Shown one piece after another: positions 10,298-19,822 of a stretch of DNA of 64,000 nt. The notes beneath the pieces were generated by a model, which saw nothing but the letters and a program-made list of their open reading frames with translations, had not been told where the DNA came from and ran no database searches. The DNA is taken from the NCBI GenBank assembly GCA_051531975.1, contig JAOPTT010000011.1, positions 1-64,000 on the forward strand. The letters are read 5' to 3'. This DNA comes from Spirochaetaceae bacterium. GTDB lineage: Bacteria > Spirochaetota > Spirochaetia > DSM-2461. The translations under genes and the position numbers were made by a program. Each line of letters starts with the position of its first letter. The stretch's first letter is position 1.

Positions 10298-11693
10298 CTT
10301 TTAACTCCTTAACTATAACTTCATTATCATTATGGGAAATAACTTTTACATTTACCCCTTTTTCTATAATCTTGCCCTGACTTTTTGCAATAAAAATTTC
10401 TGAACCTAGCCTGATTTTTCCTACAGGTCTTAACATTGTGATGGTAATCCCATTTTCTAATGCGGGTTTTTCAATATTAATATTTTCAATAACTGGTTGT
10501 TTTAGTATTAGACGATTAAATAGGGATAACCTGGGAAATAGTGCCATTAGTATGGCAATAAATATAGAAGAGCCAATTAAACTGGATAATACTAGGATTA
10601 TGTTTCTGTTTAGTATATCCCACTGCCAATTCCACTTTGGAATTATAAAATCTTGTTGGCTAAGGATTAAAGATAATATTATTGAACTTATACCAAGTAC
10701 TCCTGTTATACCAAAACCTGGAATTATAAAAATCTCAACTATAAGTAAAACAACTCCAATTAAGAAAAGTAGCAGTTCTAAGGAGTTTAGTGTTCCCAGC
10801 AATTGCCCTCCAATAAAAACTATGGAAAAACAAATTAAACCAAGCGCTCCGAGTAGTCCAAATCCTGGGCTGGTTAGCTCTAAATAGAGGCATATTAAAC
10901 CTAGAGATATTAGAATTCCCAATATAGTAGTACTAGTAATTAATGAAACTATATTATCGGCAGATGTAGGTGCAAGTCTTGTAACATTTGACTCTTTAAT
11001 ATTTAAGACTTCTAATACATCACTTAAATTATCTACTGTACTTTTTGATTGCCTATAATATTCCATCTGCTTGGCAGAAAGAGTAAGTAGTTTCCCTTTG
11101 GGACTAATTATCTTTGCAGTTTCTGGATCTAATAATTCATCTTTAAATCGAAGATATGGAATATTGTTTTCTACTTCCTCATATAATTCTACATCCAAAT
11201 CAACCATTGCTATAACTGCTTGGACAGAGTATCCATTTTTTTCAGCTAGAGATGCAATTTGTGTTCTAACTGCACTAACAGTTTTTTCTCCAGCATTTTG
11301 TGTACCTTCGGGGGATATGAAGACTGGAGCTGCAGCTCCAATACTAGTTCCTTCAGCCATAAATATTTCATTACATGAAAAGGATATTAATGCTCCAGCA
11401 GACCAACTAACCCCTAAACCTTCAGGGTCTGATGGAATATAAGCTATAGTTTTTTTATCCCTAACAGAACCTATTAAAGATGCTATTTTGAGTGCTGTAT
11501 CAACACGACCACCAAAGGTATTTATTTCAAATAAAATATTAGCTTCTTCTTTATTAGCTTTTTCTATACTGTTTCTAATAAATACTCTTAGGGATGGTTC
11601 TATATCACCTTGAATTGGGATTATATATAACTTTTCCTCAGAAAATGACGGTAGAGATAGGAATAATAGAACAAGTAAAAATAACTTTTTCAC
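10281..11693 (-). CDS. nfeD: Long NfeD (YqeZ-like: ClpP-class domain + TM + OB fold)
   Basis: Signal peptide, INTFGGRVD, SAGALI, IGAAAPV, PGFG TM repeats, LRPVG; GTG start after AGGAG. Confidence 0.9.
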   Translation of the reverse strand: MKKLFLLVLLFLSLPSFSEEKLYIIPIQGDIEPSLRVFIRNSIEKANKEEANILFEINTFGGRVDTALKIASLIGSVRDKKTIAYIPSDPEGLGVSWSAGALISFSCNEIFMAEGTSIGAAAPVFISPEGTQNAGEKTVSAVRTQIASLAEKNGYSVQAVIAMVDLDVELYEEVENNIPYLRFKDELLDPETAKIISPKGKLLTLSAKQMEYYRQSKSTVDNLSDVLEVLNIKESNVTRLAPTSADNIVSLITSTTILGILISLGLICLYLELTSPGFGLLGALGLICFSIVFIGGQLLGTLNSLELLLFLIGVVLLIVEIFIIPGFGITGVLGISSIILSLILSQQDFIIPKWNWQWDILNRNIILVLSSLIGSSIFIAILMALFPRLSLFNRLILKQPVIENINIEKPALENGITITMLRPVGKIRLGSEIFIAKSQGKIIEKGVNVKVISHNDNEVIVKELKDETTF

Positions 11694-11795
11694 TTTTGAC
11701 TCCTATTTTGAATTCTAAGACTATAAAACTCAAAGTCAATAGATAATTTTTATGCAAATAATTTAAACTCATTTTATTTATTTTCACATAAAAAC

Positions 11796-11879
11796 TTGAC
11801 GTTTCATTGAAACGAATATAATATGCTGATAAGTATGTTATTTTCACGTTAATACGCCTGACAGTTTTAACGTGAAAAT
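11796..11879 (+). promoter_or_regulatory. Promoter and palindromic operators of the GH94 operon
   Basis: TTGACG(11796-11801)-17-TAATAT(11819-11824); 13-bp inverted repeat ATTTTCACGTTAA(11840-11852)/TTAACGTGAAAAT(11867-11879). Confidence 0.65.
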
Positions 11880-11899
11880 GATATAATAAATATAGTGGG

Positions 11900-14470
11900 A
11901 TGGATAACATGAAACAAACTTTAAAAAATAATGGTCAATTTAATTTTAATAAACATAATGAAGTTGTAATTAACGAAAAGAACGGAGATATGACTAGAGA
12001 ACCATGGTTAATGTTATTAGCTAGAAGAAATCAGAAACCGACAGATACTTTATGTTGGGGATTAACTAGTAATGGAACTTCTTTTGCACGAATAGGAACT
12101 CAAGAAGGTGATATTGTTAATGGATTTGTTCATGAAGACCCATATAAAACAAGATTATTAGGACCATATGCATATTTCACAGAGGAAGGTGGAGACTACT
12201 TTACAAATACTTGGTATCCAACATTAAATAAAGATCAGGAACTTGAGACTACATTTGGTTTTGGTTATGTAAAATACAATACTACATATAATAAAACAAA
12301 AGTTGAAACAACATGTTTTGTTCCAGATGATTATGATGCAATGGTTCAAATTATTAAAATTAAAAACGAATCTGATGTAGTTAAAAAAATAACAATGTTT
12401 AATGTAAACCCTATCAATATTGGGGACGCTAGGGAGATTCAATTCTCCGGTTTTAATACTTTAATGATGGGTGGAGCTATCGTAGATAACGATGTGAATG
12501 GAGTAGCATGGAGATATGGTTATGGTCGTGGATTTGATTCAAACGAAGAGAAAATAAACTATATGTTTGGTAAAGTTGCAATTCATACTTCATCATTAGA
12601 AAATAACCAATGTGCAACCAGATACGACGAGTTTGTTGGGCATCATACTAATACAATGGGCAACCCGACTGCAGTTGCAGAAAACTGGGATCTTCCAAAT
12701 AGAGATGCGCATGAAATATGTTCTGCTTTATCAACTTTAAAAAACAGTATAGAACTTGCTCCAGGTGAAGAAAAAGAGATTGTAGTTACATTAGTAACTT
12801 CACCAACAGAGGACTATTATCTAAAAAATAAAAAAGAGTTAAAGAGTTATTTAGCTGACTTACTAAACATAGAAAATGCCTGGAAGAAGTTTGATGATGT
12901 TAAAAAGGGTTGGTTAACTCAGATTGCTAAACTTCAAATTGATGTAGAAGGTCAGGATCAAGAACTAATACCAAGTTACAAATGGTTACAGTACCAGTGT
13001 GAAATGGTAGCTTTATTAAACAGAATGAAATCACGGTATCATTCAGGCTTTGAATATGGTTACGGTTTCAGAGATATTTTACAAGATATTTTAGCACTTT
13101 TACCATATAACCCAGAACAAGCTAAAGGGTTAATTTTATTTACTGCAAAACAGATGTTTTCAGATGGTTTTGTTTATCATAACTTTTTTGTGACCGCAGA
13201 GGGTAATAAAGATTTTGTAACAGCGGATGATCCTTTATGGTTAGTTTATGCTGTATGTGAATATATAAAAGAGTCTGGAAACATGGAGTTTTTAGATGAG
13301 ATGGTACCATATATTGACGATAAAGAAGGAACTGTTTTAGAGCATTTAAAAGTAGCTATCGACAAGGTTTACAGATGTTCGGACAGTGGTCTCCCATATA
13401 TGTTAATGGCTGACTGGAACGATGATTTATCAGGTCTATTTACTCATACTTCTACTATGGCGGCTCAGCAACTGTTTAAAGCATTAAACGATATGATCGA
13501 GTTATTTAATGTTAATGGAATAGAATCTGAACTTGTTAAAAAATACCATGAGATGGCTGGGATTGTTAAAAAATCAGTAGAAGAAAAATGTATTGATGAA
13601 AAAGGACACTATATTAGAGCATTAGCTCCTAAAGATTATAAGGCAGTTTTAAAATCTCTAGATATGGGTAAATCTGAATTAGACCTAACAGAGATAGCAG
13701 AAGAGATTGAAGGTATCGGAACCAAAGCATTAGAAGATATGGGTAACTCAAAAACAGATGGTTTTACATTTTTTGAGCCAATCGCATGGTCTGGATTTAG
13801 TGGTATTGCAGATAAAGATAGATTTGATAAATGTATGGCATCATGTGAAGCCGACTTAGATGATAAGTTTGGAATTGCCATTTGCCAGGGTGATACTGTA
13901 ATGATTAATGGTGGCCTTCCTGAAGATGGTCAAGCATGGAAAAGAAATGCTCCAGGAAAAAAAGAGAATGGTGGTCAATTTAGACACTTAGAGTCTTGGT
14001 ATATCGCATCGTTATGTAAATTTGGTTATGGACAGAAAGCCCACGATATTTATATTAAAACACTTCCATGTGTCTGTTCGGAAGAAGACCCATATAACTA
14101 CGCTGTAGAACGATTTGTTTATCCTGAATACTGTTCAGGTCCAGCATCTAACGATCATGGTAAAGCTGGTCATACTTGGTTAACAGGTACAGCTCCAACT
14201 AGATTAGGTGTCTTAATAGATTGGGTTTATGGTTTAAGAAGAGCATATAATGGTTTAGTTGTTGATCCTTGTGTCACCCCCCAGTGGAAGAAATTCTCAG
14301 CAACTAGAACTTTTAGAAATACAACAATAAATGTTAATTTTTTAAATCCAGATGGTGTAGAAAAAGGTATTAAAAGTATAGTAGTTGATGGAACTGAAAT
14401 AACAGGAACAACAATACCTTCTTCTATGTTTAATAGTGGAACTATTTCAGTTAATGTGGTTATGGGATAA
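11900..14470 (+). CDS. GH94 glycoside phosphorylase, paralogue 1
   Basis: GFRDILQD, DDPLWL, DWNDD catalytic motif, KENGG.F.H, WLTGTA, C-terminal NPDGVEKG. Confidence 0.9.
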   Translation: MDNMKQTLKNNGQFNFNKHNEVVINEKNGDMTREPWLMLLARRNQKPTDTLCWGLTSNGTSFARIGTQEGDIVNGFVHEDPYKTRLLGPYAYFTEEGGDYFTNTWYPTLNKDQELETTFGFGYVKYNTTYNKTKVETTCFVPDDYDAMVQIIKIKNESDVVKKITMFNVNPINIGDAREIQFSGFNTLMMGGAIVDNDVNGVAWRYGYGRGFDSNEEKINYMFGKVAIHTSSLENNQCATRYDEFVGHHTNTMGNPTAVAENWDLPNRDAHEICSALSTLKNSIELAPGEEKEIVVTLVTSPTEDYYLKNKKELKSYLADLLNIENAWKKFDDVKKGWLTQIAKLQIDVEGQDQELIPSYKWLQYQCEMVALLNRMKSRYHSGFEYGYGFRDILQDILALLPYNPEQAKGLILFTAKQMFSDGFVYHNFFVTAEGNKDFVTADDPLWLVYAVCEYIKESGNMEFLDEMVPYIDDKEGTVLEHLKVAIDKVYRCSDSGLPYMLMADWNDDLSGLFTHTSTMAAQQLFKALNDMIELFNVNGIESELVKKYHEMAGIVKKSVEEKCIDEKGHYIRALAPKDYKAVLKSLDMGKSELDLTEIAEEIEGIGTKALEDMGNSKTDGFTFFEPIAWSGFSGIADKDRFDKCMASCEADLDDKFGIAICQGDTVMINGGLPEDGQAWKRNAPGKKENGGQFRHLESWYIASLCKFGYGQKAHDIYIKTLPCVCSEEDPYNYAVERFVYPEYCSGPASNDHGKAGHTWLTGTAPTRLGVLIDWVYGLRRAYNGLVVDPCVTPQWKKFSATRTFRNTTINVNFLNPDGVEKGIKSIVVDGTEITGTTIPSSMFNSGTISVNVVMG

Positions 14471-14472
14471 TT

Positions 14473-16620
14473 ATGAGTGAATTTAATCAATTTTTATCCA
14501 CTAATAAAGATATCTTGAAGAGTTTAATTGCAAAAAAAATATTTGTTGTAACACCTTTATCTACTGGTGGATTATTAAATAGTGATCTGTTAGCAAGTGT
14601 TAATGCATCAATATTTAAGGGAAAACTTGGTGTTTTAGAAAAAATTATAACATCAGATTTTGTTTCAAAATATGAAACTCCAATAATTATAGACTGCCTT
14701 AAAGCAGTGGAATTATATGAACAACAACAAGGATCAGAAGAAAACAGGATTAAACAAGCAGTTTTACTTTCAAGGATTTCATTTATGGGTACAGATGGAA
14801 TGAGGGGTAAAACTTCTACTGATCATAAAATTGATCCAATAAAATCATTATTAGCCCATAACTTATTAACTCCTCAATTAATTGAGCTTAATGTTTATGG
14901 GTTTTCAAATATGTTAATAGATGCTGGCTTTTTAAAACAAGGAGATACAGCATGTGTTTGCAATGATGGTAGAGATATTACTACTAACTGGGCTTTTAAC
15001 AGTTCAATGCTCTCTGGTTTTAACAATGCAGGGGTTGGAGTATTAGATTTAGGCATATCACCGACACCTTTTGTTCCATATAAAATGCTTAAAGAGGGTT
15101 TTAGTGCAGGGGCAGTATTAACTGCTAGTCATAACCCTTCAAACCAGAATGGAATTAAATTCTTTTTTAATGGAAATAAGATTTTACCAGAAGGAACCAT
15201 TGGGGATTATAGCTTTGCAGCATGGGTATACGATGCGTATCTAAAAGGTATAAAAAATACAAATTTGTCAGACAAAAATAGTAATATTGATATATCAAAA
15301 GAAGCTATAGACTTAATGAAAAAAGTAATTCCACCTGAATTAAAAAGTGTTTTAAAAGATTCATATATTGTTTTAGACAGTGCTAATGGAGCGTTTCATG
15401 GCCTTGCTCAAAATATTTTAGATGAATATAACATTAATTATATCTGTATAAATGAATCTGCTAATGGTTCTAATATAAATAGAAACTGTGGTGTTGCAGA
15501 AGTAGAAGGACAGGAAGAGTTTAGTGGGGCCGATTACGATAGTTCTCTACAGGTTATTAAAACAATTTTTGATAAAGGCCGCCAGATAGAAAGTCCAGTT
15601 TATGGAATTGTATTAGATGGTGATGGAGACCGTGGTTTTATACTTTGTTATGATAAACAAAATGATAAAGTTTTAGTTATAGATGGTGATAAATCAGGAT
15701 ATATCATGGCTATGTATTATAAACATCTTGGTATTGATATTTCTAAACTAAATTTTGTTACAACCGTTGAATCCGATATTATGACAGCATTTAGTGCTAA
15801 TACAATTTTAGATATTAACACTCCTATAGTTAGTGTTGGGGATAAGTGGATTGGTTCTTATTCTGCTGGGGAATTGCTTCTTGGATTAGAAGCTTCAGGT
15901 CATCTGATTTTTCCAATTAAATTTGAATCTACAGAGAATAAATTAGTTGAATTAAGGTCTGGAAACGGTTTATTAACTACTTTAATGACTTTAGTAGGTA
16001 TTACAACCCTAAAACTAACAGCACACCAGGCTTTTGAGCCTTATGAATCTGGATTCAGTAAGACCTTTTATACATATTTTGTAGATAAAACTCTTTTTTT
16101 TAAGGGCAGTTCTATTTGGAATAGTGATAAAAAAATCTTAATGAATGAGTTTCAGAAATTACATTCTAAGAACCAAATTTCAGCTCATACATCAATTGAA
16201 ATCCAAGATAAAGAGGATTCTCATATGTTGTATGCTTCAATAAATAAAGGTGATAAACAGTTAGCAGCAATTTTTTGTAGGAACTCAGGAACCGAGGATA
16301 AAGCAGCAGTTTATGTAAAGTGCAAACATGAACTGAGATCTCTTTTGCTGCCGATAGGTGAGGCACTTAGAGATAATCACGTAAATAACATGAAAAATCC
16401 CAATAGAAAAGAGTATCAGTGGGAATTAATAATGTTAGAGACTTTAAACAGTAAAAATAATTTATCAATAAATGAACTCAAGAAAATAGTCGAAAAAAAG
16501 ACAGATAAAAAAATAGCTGAAACAGATTTTCATGCAGTAATTTATGGGTTAAAAAAAGAGGGTAGACTCTGTCTAGAAAACTCTTTGATTAATTTAAACA
16601 AGGGAGAAACAGATGAATAA
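14473..16620 (+). CDS. Alpha-D-phosphohexomutase (PGM/PMM/GlmM superfamily) with N- and C-terminal extensions
   Basis: GTDGMRG, TASHNP (phospho-Ser), DGDGDR, EASGH, RNSGTE; 715 aa. Confidence 0.88.
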   Translation: MSEFNQFLSTNKDILKSLIAKKIFVVTPLSTGGLLNSDLLASVNASIFKGKLGVLEKIITSDFVSKYETPIIIDCLKAVELYEQQQGSEENRIKQAVLLSRISFMGTDGMRGKTSTDHKIDPIKSLLAHNLLTPQLIELNVYGFSNMLIDAGFLKQGDTACVCNDGRDITTNWAFNSSMLSGFNNAGVGVLDLGISPTPFVPYKMLKEGFSAGAVLTASHNPSNQNGIKFFFNGNKILPEGTIGDYSFAAWVYDAYLKGIKNTNLSDKNSNIDISKEAIDLMKKVIPPELKSVLKDSYIVLDSANGAFHGLAQNILDEYNINYICINESANGSNINRNCGVAEVEGQEEFSGADYDSSLQVIKTIFDKGRQIESPVYGIVLDGDGDRGFILCYDKQNDKVLVIDGDKSGYIMAMYYKHLGIDISKLNFVTTVESDIMTAFSANTILDINTPIVSVGDKWIGSYSAGELLLGLEASGHLIFPIKFESTENKLVELRSGNGLLTTLMTLVGITTLKLTAHQAFEPYESGFSKTFYTYFVDKTLFFKGSSIWNSDKKILMNEFQKLHSKNQISAHTSIEIQDKEDSHMLYASINKGDKQLAAIFCRNSGTEDKAAVYVKCKHELRSLLLPIGEALRDNHVNNMKNPNRKEYQWELIMLETLNSKNNLSINELKKIVEKKTDKKIAETDFHAVIYGLKKEGRLCLENSLINLNKGETDE

Positions 16621-19096
16621 ATACGGTGGATTTAATGAGGAATCAAAATTTGTAATAACAAACCCATATACACCAGAACCATGGTTACATTACCTAATTA
16701 GGGTTAATCAACCAGGAACTGAGACATTTTGTAGTGGAGTATCATACACTGCTGGTGGATTTGATGTTAGAGGAACACATGAGAATACTTTTGTTGATAC
16801 TCAGTTACATTTAAACGATGAAGATGATATGGGTCGATATATTTACATATACGATAAAGATACAAAGGATCTTGTAACTACAACATGGCAGCCAACTAGG
16901 GTTAAAGAACAAACATTAAAAACTACATTTGAGTTTGGTAAGGTAACCTTTGAATCAGAATATAAAGGCTTAGAATCATTCCAAGAGATGTACGTACCTG
17001 AAGACTTTGATGGGTGGATACAAAATGTAAAACTAACTAATACAACTTCATCTGATAAAAACTTAACATTGTACCCATTTGTTCCTATGCATATGGGAGA
17101 TGCCTTAGATCGACTTTTAGCTGGAGATAACGATGGCTTTTTTGGTGGTTCATCTTATGATAACGATTTAAATGCAATTGTATTTCGCCGGAATCATGGT
17201 ATTGCTGTAAAGGATAATCCAGAGGACATAAATGGTATGTTAGGAAATGTTGCTGCATTTTATAGTACTTTAAATGTTGATAATAACCCCTACGATACAA
17301 ATATGGAAAACTTTTTTGGTAATAGATTTAATAACCAGAAAAATCCTGGAGCAATTTTAACCGGGGACCTTAAATCTGAAGATACTCCTTACCTAAGAAG
17401 AGCATGTGGAGTATTTAAAAATGAAGTTGTAATAAAGCCAGGTGAGACACTTGAATTTGCTGTTGCATTAATAGCAGGTTCTACAAACGATTATTACTCA
17501 AACAATAAAACTGAGCTTAAAGAGTATATAGAACTTGTTAATAACTCATCAAAAAGAGTTTTAATGGCAGATAATGTAACTACATGGTGGGATAATGCAT
17601 TAAATAGATTAAAATTAACTTCCCCTGATTCAAAATTAAATCACGGGTTTAAGTGGTTACAATATCAGTGTGAAATTGTATATATATTAAATAGAATGAA
17701 GTCTAGATACCATACTGGGTATGAATATGGCTGGGGTTTTAGAGATATTTTACAAGATGTTTTATATACATTTCCATATCGAGCACCTGAAATGGCTGAA
17801 GTATTAAAACATATAAGTAATCAAATGTTCTCAAGTGGAAAAGCGTATCATAACTTTTTTATCGACCAGTTAGGTAATAAATCAGTTGAAGCTTCAGACG
17901 ATCCAATATGGTTTGCAAATGCAATAGTAAAATATTGTAAAGAAACAGGAAACTTTGACTTTCTAGATGTAATAACAGATTATGCAGACGTTAAAGAAGG
18001 TATGGGAGATAAATCTGGATCAATTCTTGAACACTGTATTAAAGGTTTAGATTCAGTATGGAATGATTGTTCTGATAGACACCTGCCATATATGAAAGAT
18101 TGTGACTGGAACGATGACTTAAATGAAAACAGAATCGGTGATGAACCAAATAGAAATGTTGAATCTGTAATGGTTGCTCAACAGCTTTATTCTGGTTTAC
18201 TTGATTTAGTCGATATTTTTATAGCTTCCGGCAAAAATCTAGAATTAGTCCAGGAATATCAGGATAGAGCATCTAAGATAAAAAAATCTATTAAAGATAA
18301 CTGTATGGATAAAGAGGGTTATTTTAAAAGAACTTTAACTGTAGATGGTTCCCATGATGATCTTGGTTCGTCTGATAATGAATTTGCAAAAATCTTTTTA
18401 GAACCTCAGGCTTTTGGTATTAATTCTGGTGTTGCTGATAAAGAGCAAGCTAATGCTAGTTTAGATGCTGTAAAAAAGTATTTGGATTCTGATTGGGGTG
18501 CAATGTTATGTTTCCCAGTTTATACAGACTTAACAGATAACAGTAAACTACCTAAAAGAACCTGGAATATAGAGAAAGAACCACCAGCTATGAAAGAAAA
18601 TGGTGGTATTTTCATGCACTTAAATGCTTGGTTAGTACAATCCTACTGTATGGTTGGCCGGGGCCAAGAGGCTGTTGATCATTATCTTAAAAATTTACCT
18701 GAAAACATGAGTGTTGACCAAGATGTTTATATGTCTGAGCCATATGTATACCCTGAATATGTAAGAGGTAAAGGAATAGAGAGTCATGGTCGTGGAGGTC
18801 ATACTTGGTTAACAGGAACAGCACCAACAATGCACATGGCTCTAACAGAGTATATTTATGGTGTAAGAGCTCATTTTGATGGTTTAGAAATTGATCCTTG
18901 TGTTAGTCCAGAATGGAAAAATTTCTCAATGGAGCGAAACTTTAGAAATGCTAGATACGACATTCAGGTATCGAATCCAAATGGTGTGGAAAAAGGTATT
19001 AATAATATTACAGTTGATGGAGAAACAATTGAAGGAAATATTCTTCCAGTTTTTTCTGATAATAAAACTCATATCGTAATGGTTGAAATGGGCTAA
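16613..19096 (+). CDS. GH94 glycoside phosphorylase, paralogue 2
   Basis: TPEPW, GFRDILQD, SDDPIW, DWNDD, KENGGIFMH, WLTGTA. Confidence 0.92.
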   Translation: MNKYGGFNEESKFVITNPYTPEPWLHYLIRVNQPGTETFCSGVSYTAGGFDVRGTHENTFVDTQLHLNDEDDMGRYIYIYDKDTKDLVTTTWQPTRVKEQTLKTTFEFGKVTFESEYKGLESFQEMYVPEDFDGWIQNVKLTNTTSSDKNLTLYPFVPMHMGDALDRLLAGDNDGFFGGSSYDNDLNAIVFRRNHGIAVKDNPEDINGMLGNVAAFYSTLNVDNNPYDTNMENFFGNRFNNQKNPGAILTGDLKSEDTPYLRRACGVFKNEVVIKPGETLEFAVALIAGSTNDYYSNNKTELKEYIELVNNSSKRVLMADNVTTWWDNALNRLKLTSPDSKLNHGFKWLQYQCEIVYILNRMKSRYHTGYEYGWGFRDILQDVLYTFPYRAPEMAEVLKHISNQMFSSGKAYHNFFIDQLGNKSVEASDDPIWFANAIVKYCKETGNFDFLDVITDYADVKEGMGDKSGSILEHCIKGLDSVWNDCSDRHLPYMKDCDWNDDLNENRIGDEPNRNVESVMVAQQLYSGLLDLVDIFIASGKNLELVQEYQDRASKIKKSIKDNCMDKEGYFKRTLTVDGSHDDLGSSDNEFAKIFLEPQAFGINSGVADKEQANASLDAVKKYLDSDWGAMLCFPVYTDLTDNSKLPKRTWNIEKEPPAMKENGGIFMHLNAWLVQSYCMVGRGQEAVDHYLKNLPENMSVDQDVYMSEPYVYPEYVRGKGIESHGRGGHTWLTGTAPTMHMALTEYIYGVRAHFDGLEIDPCVSPEWKNFSMERNFRNARYDIQVSNPNGVEKGINNITVDGETIEGNILPVFSDNKTHIVMVEMG

Positions 19097-19131
19097 TTAT
19101 AAAGGCTGTTAAAGTAGTATATTTTACATTT

Positions 19132-19161
19132 TAAACCCTCTTTTAAAAATGAGAGGGTTTA
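19132..19161. terminator. Terminator-like hairpin between the GH94 operon and the NUDIX gene
   Basis: TAAACCCTC(19132-19140)/GAGGGTTTA(19153-19161) inverted repeat between convergent genes. Confidence 0.65.
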
Positions 19162-19167
19162 GATGTT

Positions 19168-19671
19168 TTATTGGTATTTTTTTAAGTAATAATTTAATCC
19201 CTTATGCATTGATGGAAATGCAAAATCTTTTAGATTAATGCTCTCTATATCTAATAATATAAGTTCACTATTTTCCTCTGGATCATTCAGTTTTGGTTTA
19301 CCAGATAATTGACCTATAAAAAATAGATCACAAGTATTGTAATTAATATCCTTAAATAGATATTTATTAGGAAAACTTACCAGATATTCTAGAGAATCAA
19401 TTTTTACTCCTAGTTCTTCTAAACATTCCCGTTTCATACAATCTTCAGAGCTCTCTTCTGGATCTACAAATCCACCTGGTAGATCTAAAAGTCCCTTTCC
19501 TGGTTCACGATTTCTTCTTAAAACTACAAGTTTACTTTGAAAAAAAAGGATTCCTGCAGTAGATGCTGCAATATTCAGATACATCTCAAAGTCGCAACTT
19601 GGACATTTCAGTAATTTATCTTGATGGAACCCCAGGCCCTTACTCCCACAACTTGGGCAATATTCAAACAT
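19168..19671 (-). CDS. NUDIX hydrolase with N-terminal zinc ribbon
   Basis: CPSCG...CPSC; Nudix box GGFVDPEESSEDCMKRECLEELG. Confidence 0.9.
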   Translation of the reverse strand: MFEYCPSCGSKGLGFHQDKLLKCPSCDFEMYLNIAASTAGILFFQSKLVVLRRNREPGKGLLDLPGGFVDPEESSEDCMKRECLEELGVKIDSLEYLVSFPNKYLFKDINYNTCDLFFIGQLSGKPKLNDPEENSELILLDIESINLKDFAFPSMHKGLNYYLKKYQ

Positions 19672-19755
19672 AGAATCTCCTTTTTATATATTTATGCTCT
19701 AAATATTAAATATTTTCTACCCATTTTATTATGTAATAAGTAATATATAACTCCC

Positions 19756-19803
19756 TTGTCAACTATATTTTTCAGGTATACAATAGATATTTTAACGTAA
19801 AAA
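19756..19803 (+). promoter_or_regulatory. Promoter plus operator-like site upstream of the putative glycoside hydrolase
   Basis: TTGTCA(19756-19761)-17-TACAAT(19779-19784), then TTTTAACGTAAAAA(19790-19803). Confidence 0.6.
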
Positions 19804-19822
19804 CTAAAATAGGATACAAAAT

